DNA from: a virus
Taxonomy: Duplodnaviria > Caudoviricetes
Length of the DNA stretch: 64,000 bases
Strand: one strand, 5' to 3'
IMG/VR virus record: IMGVR_UViG_2747842506_000001
Coordinates: 1-64,000 of that record
The notes below the pieces were generated by a model. That model was not told the DNA's origin, did not search any database, and was given only the letters and a program-made list of their open reading frames with translations. Below are positions 55,322 to 64,000 of the stretch, piece by piece; position 1 is the first letter of the stretch, and the number at the start of each line of letters is the position of its first letter. The position numbers and the translations under genes are program-made.

Positions 55322-57823
55322 ATGGTCGCAAGTTGGAATAAGACATTTGAAAAACATCAATATGATTTTTCAAAATTAGGTGTCGTGTTGCAAGAGGCTG
55401 ATCTCTCGCAAGGTGTTTCATTCACAGGAATGAAGCCCGTCGCTTTTTGTATAAAAAGTAACGTTTTTGAATTAAATGAACAAACGTGGAAATCTTTGTA
55501 CATCATAACCCTTGCCACTTTATATGCACTGGATTCCTATAGAGTACGCCACGCGATTTATAACGCTCTCTCCGGAAGAACAACTGAATTTGATCATTAC
55601 GCCAAGATTTCTGATCACATGTTTGCAAATATCGGGTTGTCGGCTACTGCGATGATTGGATACATAAAAAAGGCATTGTCTGCTTGTAACATACCTTTGG
55701 ATAGATTCAAAATTGCGTATTATTCGGCAAAAGATTCTGTCACGAGATTCAAAATCGCCAATCAGCTGGCTAGTGAAAATTCTCGGCAAGGCATCAAAAA
55801 AGAAGTTACTGAAATCTTGAAAATGCGACTGGCACCAAAGGAAGGAGCTATTGCGAGCAGCATAAAACAGGATCAATCTTTCAGGCAAGAAAATTCCGTT
55901 GAAAAACTTCTTGATTTTGACAAGTCTTACGACAGCATTGTACCTCTTTACTTTATTTACTTCGATGAGAAGAAGGAAGTTCTTAACTGGGATGATTTGC
56001 ATAAAAAAGTTCTGCGAGAAATTTGTGGAGATTACCCTGCGCTTACGAAAGCAAATCTGCTTGGTAGAGTTATTTTCGACAATCCGTTTGTAGGTGAATC
56101 TCTCGAACGATTAAATGAGAAATTTTACGTTGAGGGAAATCTAAGCCAGCAAGATTCCTTGGGGCAGATTCGTACTGCGCTATATTTGTGCGGAATTCCG
56201 TTCGATAAGGTGAAAGTCTATTATCGTGAGCTGGAATATACAAGTAAACCTGCTAAAGTCATCCTTAATTCTTCTGACGAGTCCTTGCCTCAAAAAAATT
56301 CTTTTGATATTGATATCGAACAGAAGCAGCCTGTACAAGTAGAAATTTTCAACTCATTTGAAATCCAGGATGAAAATCCTTTAATGAGTGAGTTTAAAAA
56401 AGTTCTAAAAGAACGATTTTCTAATGGCTTTAAGTTGGGTAATTCAATTCAGTTGATGCGCTTCAAGAAGTTCTATGAGGAAATAAACGGTTCTCCTCTG
56501 AATATTTGTGATGAAGAAATATCTGAAGGTATTGCAAACTGTGGCCTTGTACATGAAGACCGTCTTTATGTTACAGAGACAATGCTTGAAAATGAACTGA
56601 AATCAAGGTTGCTTCAGTATATTTCAGATAATTTTTACTCTGGAATCCAACGTTTATATTTGACTAAAATTTTTGATGATTTTGCGGACGATTTCAGAAA
56701 TACGCCTATACAAAACGCTGATATTTTGCAAACGTATCTGCAAGAACTATCAAATGAAGAATTTCCTTACTATCTGTATCGAAAAAGTGTTTTCAAGTCT
56801 CCCGAAGACGTAAAAAATTGCAGACCAAGAGATGAAATTCTCCGTTTGCTTCAGGAAGCTCGGGGCCCTGTTTCTGATAATGAGATTTTTGAACAGCTTT
56901 CATACATTCCTCAAAATAAGATTAGAGATGCTTTTATAAACTGTTCTACAACGCGAGAAATTTTGAGCAATGGAGACCATTCTCGATTTGTTCTTGATAG
57001 TTTTGATATTGCCGGTGATCAACTAGATTGGATTGACTCATGGCTGGAAAGCTCTTTAAAAGGCTGTAGTTTCATTACAAGTGCGATGCTTATCGATGCT
57101 GTAAAGAAAAATTATCCAGATATTGCAGAACGAAATGAGGCGTTCTCTGACATTGGCATTAGAAACGCCATTGCATGTCATCTGGAAGATCGATTTAATT
57201 TTAGGGATAACCTTATTAGTCCAAAGAATGTCGAAATCAGTAATGATCAACTTATTGCTGAATTCTGCAAAGAACACGAAAAGTTCACTATATCAGATGT
57301 TGAAGACTTTTGCGAATCACTAGGATTAGCGCTTCAGAGTTTTTATTTCGAAGTCATATATGAAAATGCATTCCGAGTTAGCGAAGAACTTTTTGTAAAC
57401 GAAGTGCCCTACATAGATGTTCATGCCGTAGATTGCGCCATTGCTCAATTCATGGATGGTAGAGATTACATTCCGGTCTCTAAAGTTCAGTTTTTTGTAG
57501 GAGCATTCCCTGATATCGGTTATAAATGGAATTCGTTCTGCTTAGAAAGTTTCCTGTGCAGGTGTAGCCAAGAATACAAGCTTGTCCACAGCAACTTTGC
57601 AAAGTCTGCTTGTGCAGGGGCTATTGTTCGAAAAAATGTGAATATGGATTTTAACGAGATTCTTTCCGATGCGCTTTCTCACGAAGACTGGACCGAATCC
57701 TCTGCAAAAGAGTACCTGAAATCAGAAGGGTACTTGTCACGCCTAAAATGTTCGAATATTGCTCAACTTTTAGAACGAGCAAAGCAAATTCGTACACAAC
57801 GTAACTTAAAGGATTTTGATTAA
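55322..57823 (+). CDS. Large hypothetical defence-associated protein with two repeated N-terminal domains
   Basis: About 830 aa; repeated P..F......W..L...N.S......I..AL..C.IP.D..K..Y unit; abuts PAPS reductase gene. Confidence 0.7.
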   Translation: MVASWNKTFEKHQYDFSKLGVVLQEADLSQGVSFTGMKPVAFCIKSNVFELNEQTWKSLYIITLATLYALDSYRVRHAIYNALSGRTTEFDHYAKISDHMFANIGLSATAMIGYIKKALSACNIPLDRFKIAYYSAKDSVTRFKIANQLASENSRQGIKKEVTEILKMRLAPKEGAIASSIKQDQSFRQENSVEKLLDFDKSYDSIVPLYFIYFDEKKEVLNWDDLHKKVLREICGDYPALTKANLLGRVIFDNPFVGESLERLNEKFYVEGNLSQQDSLGQIRTALYLCGIPFDKVKVYYRELEYTSKPAKVILNSSDESLPQKNSFDIDIEQKQPVQVEIFNSFEIQDENPLMSEFKKVLKERFSNGFKLGNSIQLMRFKKFYEEINGSPLNICDEEISEGIANCGLVHEDRLYVTETMLENELKSRLLQYISDNFYSGIQRLYLTKIFDDFADDFRNTPIQNADILQTYLQELSNEEFPYYLYRKSVFKSPEDVKNCRPRDEILRLLQEARGPVSDNEIFEQLSYIPQNKIRDAFINCSTTREILSNGDHSRFVLDSFDIAGDQLDWIDSWLESSLKGCSFITSAMLIDAVKKNYPDIAERNEAFSDIGIRNAIACHLEDRFNFRDNLISPKNVEISNDQLIAEFCKEHEKFTISDVEDFCESLGLALQSFYFEVIYENAFRVSEELFVNEVPYIDVHAVDCAIAQFMDGRDYIPVSKVQFFVGAFPDIGYKWNSFCLESFLCRCSQEYKLVHSNFAKSACAGAIVRKNVNMDFNEILSDALSHEDWTESSAKEYLKSEGYLSRLKCSNIAQLLERAKQIRTQRNLKDFD

Positions 57824-58200
57824 ATGTACTCGTATACTTGGGATATAGAAACTGGAGGCTTATTACTGAATTCAACACCTCTTGAATTCAGTGCAGAGCC
57901 TCGTCCGGTTTATTATAAGGAACTTGATTTACTTGGTTTTGATAAATTTTGGAACTATCCTAAGGACGACTCTAAGCCTTTGTTGTGGGCTGCGCATAAC
58001 AAGTATTTCTATTTTGGACGTATGGTTGCTCAGATAAAGGGAGGCTCTTTATATACTCCTCCAGAGTTAATTCTTCATGAAGAACCAGAAGCAGCAGGAG
58101 TTGAGTTAAAACCTGTTGACATTGAAAAGATGGTCGAAAAAAATCGTGAAATATTGGATCTCCTTGTTCAAGAGACAATAAAAAAAATCTACAATACTTT

Positions 58201-59668
58201 GGCTCTTCATCAACATGTGTGGGTGGCTTCGCCACCCTTTTTTGTTGACATTCGCCTAAATTAAACAAAAAATGGGCTATTTTCTAAAATTTAATCGCAA
58301 AAAAAAACAGAAGAAAAAAGCCCATGTCAAAATTATACAAATCCATCTTCAATGTCAACGGCTGTACTGTCGTCAAGCAGGAGCAAACCGACACCACGGT
58401 CACCATCACGGTAAGACTCACCAAGGGCAACGCCAGCAGGTGCGGCTGTTGCGGGCGAAAAGGGAAACTCTACGACAACGGCCGGGAACAGAGGATATGG
58501 CGGACGCTCGATCTCGGCACGAAAATGGGCTTCATCAAGATGGACACCTACAGGGTGAAGTGCAGGAAGTGCGGCGTAAAAACCGTGAAGGTGCCGTGGG
58601 CAAGCCACAGGTCAGGCTTCACCGACGCCTTCGAGCAGCAGGTCGCATGGGCCGTATGCAGCATGTCGAAAAAGGCTGTCGCAAAGCAGCTACGCATCGC
58701 CTGGAATACCGTGGGAGAAATCGCCGACCGCGTATGGGAACGCCTGGACACAAGGCCTATCAAGGCAGGCTGCATCTTCAGGCGCATAGGCATCGACGAG
58801 ACCAGCTACAAGAAAGGGCACAAGTACATAACGGTGGTAGTGGATCACGACAGGCGCTGCGTGATCTGGGTGCACGAGGGCTACGGGAAGGAGGTGCTGG
58901 ACATCTTCATGAGGGAACTCAGCGAAGAGCAGCGCAAGGGCGTGGAGCTTGTGACTTGTGATGGCGCCAAGTGGATAAGGTCAAGCATCGAGGAGTTCCT
59001 GCCCAATGCCGAACGGTGCGTGGACAGCTTCCATGTCGTGCAGTGGGCGACGGATGCCCTGGACAAGGTCCGTGTGGAAGCCTGGAGGGAGGCCCGCAAG
59101 GAACGCTGCAATCCAAAACGGGGCCGAGGCAGGCCCACGAAGGACAGCGTCCCGAAGGACCGCACCGCGGAGGGGATAAAGAACTCCAGGTACGCTCTGG
59201 GCAAGGCTCCGGAAAACCTTAACGAAAGCCAGCAGAGAAAAATAGAGCTCATAGCCAGCCGCTATCCGCGTCTCTACAGGGCATACCAGCTCAAGGAGGA
59301 GCTGCGCATCATCCTGAAGATGGGCTATGCCGATGCCAGGGAAAATCTGGACAGGTGGCTGTGGCGGGCAAGTCACTCACGCATCGGCTCAGTAAAGGAT
59401 CTGTACGCAAAGATCAAGCGCAACTACGACGGAATCCTCAACACAATCAGGCTAGGCGTGTCAAACGCAAGGATCGAGGCGACGAACAACAAGATAAAGC
59501 TACTGATACGGACTGCCTATGGCTTCAGGAATATGAACAACATGCTGTCGCTGATAATGTTGAGCTGTTCCTATGTAGATGTAAAGATTGCCTACGAATG
59601 GGAATCGGAATCGAGAGAATCATCTAGCAAGGCTGCCTAAATGCTTCCACACATGTTGATGATGCCTC
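58201..59668 (+). mobile_element. ISL3-family IS, copy 4
   Basis: 8-bp TSD AATACTTT; transposase 58324-59640. Confidence 0.95.
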
Positions 59669-59697
59669 AATACTTTTGTTAAATATCGAAAAAAAAT

Positions 59698-61165
59698 GGC
59701 TCTTCATCAACATGTGTGGGTGGCTTCGCCACCCTTTTTTGTTGACTTTAGCCTAAATTAAACAAAAAATGGGCTATTTTCTAAAATTTAATCGCAAAAA
59801 AAAACAGAAGAAAAAAGCCCATGTCAAAATTATACAAATCCATCTTCAATGTCAACGGCTGTACTGTCGTCAAGCAGGAGCAAACCGACACCACGGTCAC
59901 CATCACGGTAAGACTCACCAAGGGCAACGCCAGCAGGTGCGGCTGTTGCGGGCGAAAAGGGAAACTCTACGACAACGGCCGGGAACAGAGGATATGGCGG
60001 ACGCTCGATCTCGGCACGAAAATGGGCTTCATCAAGATGGACACCTACAGGGTGAAGTGCAGGAAGTGCGGCGTAAAAACCGTGAAGGTGCCGTGGGCAA
60101 GCCACAGGTCAGGCTTCACCGACGCCTTCGAGCAGCAGGTCGCATGGGCCGTATGCAGCATGTCGAAAAAGGCTGTCGCAAAGCAGCTACGCATCGCCTG
60201 GAATACCGTGGGAGAAATCGCCGACCGCGTATGGGAACGCCTGGACACAAGGCCTATCAAGGCAGGCTGCATCTTCAGGCGCATAGGCATCGACGAGACC
60301 AGCTACAAGAAAGGGCACAAGTACATAACGGTGGTAGTGGATCACGACAGGCGCTGCGTGATCTGGGTGCACGAGGGCTACGGGAAGGAGGTGCTGGACA
60401 TCTTCATGAGGGATCTCAGCGAAGAGCAGCGCAAGGGCGTGGAGCTTGTGACTTGTGATGGCGCCAAGTGGATAAGGTCAAGCATCGAGGAGTTCCTGCC
60501 CAATGCCGAACGGTGCGTGGACAGCTTCCATGTCGTGCAGTGGGCGACGGATGCCCTGGACAAGGTCCGTGTGGAAGCCTGGAGGGAGGCCCGCAAGGAA
60601 CGCTGCAATCCAAAACGGGGCCGAGGCAGGCCCACGAAGGACAGCGTCCCGAAGGACCGCACCGCGGAGGGGATAAAGAACTCCAGGTACGCTCTGGGCA
60701 AGGCTCCGGAAAACCTTAACGAAAGCCAGCAGAGAAAAATAGAGCTCATAGCCAGCCGCTATCCGCGTCTCTACAGGGCATACCAGCTCAAGGAGGAGCT
60801 GCGCATCATCCTGAAGATGGGCTATGCCGATGCCAGGGAAAATCTGGACAGGTGGCTGTGGCGGGCAAGTCACTCACGCATCGGCCCAGTAAAGGATCTG
60901 TACGCAAAGATCAAGCGCAACTACGACGGAATCCTCAACACAATCAGGCTAGGCGTGTCAAACGCAAGGATCGAGGCGACGAACAACAAGATAAAGCTAC
61001 TGATACGGACTGCCTATGGCTTCAGGAATATGAACAACATGCTGTCGCTGATAATGTTGAGCTGTTCCTATGTAGATGTAAAGATAGCCTACGAATGGGA
61101 ATCGGAATCGAGAGAATCATCTAGCAAGGCTGCCTAAATGCTTCCACACATGTTGATGATGCCTC
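59698..61165 (+). mobile_element. ISL3-family IS, copy 5
   Basis: 8-bp TSD AAAAAAAT; transposase 59821-61137. Confidence 0.95.
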
Positions 61166-63188
61166 AAAAAAATCGATGTTTTCTACGTTGCCTTTAGTGG
61201 TGGAAAAGACAGTGTCGTTGCATTAGACCTTGTTCAAAGAGCATTGCCTCATAATGAATTCAAAGTCTTGTTTGGAGATACTCGCATGGAGTTTCCGGAC
61301 ACATATAAGACCGTTGATAAAATCGAGCTTCTTTGCAAAGACATGGATGTTGAATTCCTTAGGGCTCGCTCAGACTATGAACCGGATTTTACCTGGTCAA
61401 AATTTGGCCCCCCCGCTGTAACAAACAGATGGTGCTGCACAGTACATAAAACAACACCCCAGATAAGGCTCTTAAAAAAAGCCTCAAAAAATGAAAAGTT
61501 TACTGGAATGGCTTTTACAGGAATTCGCGGAGACGAAAGTGCTAGCCGTAGCGAGTACGATTCTGTAAGTTTAGGAGAAAAACATAACGGACAATACAGC
61601 TGCCACGCAATTCTTGATTGGAATTCTGTTGAACTTTTCACGTATATTTATCAAAATCATCTTATCTTAGGTGAAAGTTATAAGCGTGGAAATTCAAGGG
61701 CGGGCTGCTTGGTGTGTCCTATGTCGTCCGGAAAACACGAGTTTTTCAAGGCGAGCTGCTATCCTGAAGAAGTTGATTCTTTTGTAGAAAGAATTTCATC
61801 GACTAGTGGGAAGCATTTCACTAACAGTGAAATGAAAAAATTCATTGAAGATGAAAATTGGAAGTCAAGAAAATCAGGACGAGAATTAAATTTTGGATTC
61901 GACAAACATATTTTTGTCGACAATAAAGATGCTCTATCTATCAACATAGAGGGCTCGTTAAATCCGGTTTGGAAGGAATGGTGCAAAACAATAGGCTTGT
62001 TAGTCGAAATTTCGAGTAATGAATACCAATTGGAATTTAAGAAAAAAGAATATACAATCAAGTTTGAAACTGTCGAAGGAAACAGTGTCTTGACTTTTCC
62101 GAATTGCGAAAGATCTCGCGATGATATGGAATTTTGGTCACTGTTCAAAAGCGTTATTATAAAAAGTCTTTATTGTGTTTATTGCGGTGTATGCGAAGCA
62201 GAATGCTCTTTTGGCTGTATTGACATGTCTGAAGGATTGAAAATAAAAGATGACTGTAAACATTGTCATAAATGCCACGAAGTTCATGAACATTGCGTGC
62301 GCTATAATTCAATAAGAAACAGAATAGGAACGGAGTCAAAAATGAAAAAAGGTCTTGGAAGATATTTCACGTTCGGAATTCAAGGTGAATGGCTGAGGAT
62401 ATTCCATCAGTATAAGGGAACTGCAGAATTCTGGCATAGCGATGGCAATGGAAAAGTTCATAACAAGAAAAAACAAGCCTTTGCAAATTTCTTAAAGGAT
62501 GCTGACATCGTTTTCCAAAACAAGAAACTTGGCGGCGATTCCTATGAAAAACTCGACATGACCGCTTTTGGAAATAAAATTCTTTCATTCAATTCAACCG
62601 AAGATACTTCTCTTTGGGCACTGATTGTTTGCAATTTGGCGTATGCTCCTGATTTCAATTGGCTAATCAAAACAGTAAAAATTAACGAAACTATTGAGCC
62701 GAAGCAAATGGAACTTTTGCTTAACGATGTTATGCCTAATGATGTAAAAGGAGCTGGCAAAAGAAATGTTGTTGATGGCCTAAAAAATATTTTAATAACA
62801 ACGCCGATTGGTAAGGAAATTGGATTGGGAAATTGTGATTACGAAATGAAAAATGAAAAGATATTCTTCAAATCGTTAACAAGAACTTCCTGGGATAATC
62901 CAAATCCTGTGGTTATTCTTTATTCTCTTTATAAGTTCGCTGAAGCTTGTGGAGACTATTACCAGTTTACATTGTCAAGACTTTTAAATCATGATATTGA
63001 TAGTGCAGGCGTATCTCCAACAGAGATATTCGGTTTAGACGCAGACCAAATGAAAAAGATTTTGACAGGTTTGTCTGCAAATTATCCTGATTTTATTTCT
63101 GTCAGCTTCACGCTCGATCTAGACAATATCAATTTGCGTAAAGACAAAAAATCTTCCGATGTTTTGGATTTGATCTAAGGAGTTTACA

Positions 63189-64000
63189 ATGGCTTTTGGC
63201 GACAAGTATGCAGCGTATTTCGATATCAACCCTGACTATTTTCCGGTAGTTGATCAAAACGTCATCAAACAAAATCCTGACATGTGGAAAAGCTTTTACC
63301 CGCATGAAACATTCCAGAATTTGCTACGAGACGTTGAAAAAATCCTTACTAGAAAAAATAAACTTTCTCTTTGGGTCGAAGGTGCTTATGGTACAGGTAA
63401 ATCCCATGCCGTTTTGACTCTCAAAAAATTACTTGATGCAAATGAAAACGAAGTCAAAGAGTATTTTGAAAAATTCCAATTAGAAAATGACTTTTTGAAT
63501 AAGTTTCAAAATGCAAAAAATGGTGGCAAGATTTTAACTGTTCACCGCTATGGTTCTTCCAAGATTAAGGGTGATGCCGCCCTTGCATTTGCTGTTCAAG
63601 AAAGTATTGAACACGCAATGAAAGATGCGTGTATAGAAAATAAAGAATCAAATGCATTAAAGGAAGGTTTGCTGCAATGGCTAGAAGATTCGGCAAACAA
63701 ATCTTATCTGAATAATATTCTTGAACAAGAAAAAACTCGCTTCGGCGGCGACGATGTAGAATCCGTTATAAAGAAGCTTGCCACCCTTGAAGGTGATGCC
63801 TTGATGGAATTGATGGACAAACTGTTCCAGGTTGCTGAGAAAAGACAGCTCAAATTCCTAGACTTGGACACGAAAAGGCTTGGTGCTTGGATTCGTGAAA
63901 TCATCGAAAAAAATGATTTGAAAGCTTTGGTGTTCATTTGGGATGAATTTACCGAATTTTTCCAGAATAATTTACACAACCTTACTGGGTTCCAGGAACT
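63189..64000 (+). CDS. P-loop ATPase (BrxC/SspC-like), truncated by window end
   Basis: Manually translated MAFGDKYAAYFDINPDYFP...WVEGAYGTGKSH ... FIWDEF Walker B. Confidence 0.8.
   Translation, partial: MAFGDKYAAYFDINPDYFPVVDQNVIKQNPDMWKSFYPHETFQNLLRDVEKILTRKNKLSLWVEGAYGTGKSHAVLTLKKLLDANENEVKEYFEKFQLENDFLNKFQNAKNGGKILTVHRYGSSKIKGDAALAFAVQESIEHAMKDACIENKESNALKEGLLQWLEDSANKSYLNNILEQEKTRFGGDDVESVIKKLATLEGDALMELMDKLFQVAEKRQLKFLDLDTKRLGAWIREIIEKNDLKALVFIWDEFTEFFQNNLHNLTGFQE

Larger units (their letters stand above)
57824..63178 (+). pseudogene. PAPS-reductase / 4Fe-4S / DUF4007-like fusion (BrxP/SspD-like), split by two ISL3
   Basis: Excising both IS and TSDs gives ...KKIYNTFVKYRKKIDVFYVAFSGGKDS...; RWCC.VHK, GIRGDES..R, R.GC..CP, CVYCGVC...C. 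Confidence 0.85.
2149..64000. mobile_element. Integrated temperate phage (contractile tail) with cargo/defence region; right end not seen
   Basis: Integrase at left; terminase, portal, MuF, capsid, sheath, baseplate and lysin genes at 15.4-49.1 kb. Whether 49.8-64 kb belongs to the element is inferred. Confidence 0.75.

Noticed and set aside
58201-61165. Composite transposon or tandem IS duplication
   Set aside because: Each copy has its own TSD and sequence variant; the 29-bp spacer is part of the interrupted host gene

Overview
Three host genes (1-2148; lineage probably Fibrobacter-like, by inference) are followed by a large integrated temperate myophage that starts with a tyrosine integrase at 2406. 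No attR and no replication genes are visible, so the element may continue past the window. It carries an early region of small genes, an XRE/ImmA + PIN pair (RosmerTA-like) and a DUF4417-EndoU toxin-immunity module. Its contractile-tail virion gene set is apparently intact but permuted: terS-terL-portal-MuF lie downstream of head, tail and lysis genes, and MuF has a DUF3626-like C-terminal extension. A parB-dpdA-queC-queE-queD-folE 7-deazaguanine DNA-modification cluster is present, as are moron cassettes sharing a repeated promoter element. At the right end is a defence island with a GNAT TA pair, an IS-broken AAA ATPase, and a PAPS-reductase/DUF4007 + ATPase locus of BREX-4/Ssp type split by two ISL3 copies. 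Eight IS elements are present (5 ISL3, IS200, IS3, IS30). The most striking unexplained signal is a cluster of stand-alone structured non-coding RNA genes at 35.6-38.0 kb. Three are ~100-nt four-way-junction RNAs with covarying stems and loop-loop pairing, and the fourth is an unrelated kissing-loop RNA. Each has its own promoter-like and terminator-like signals, and no cognate protein gene is nearby.
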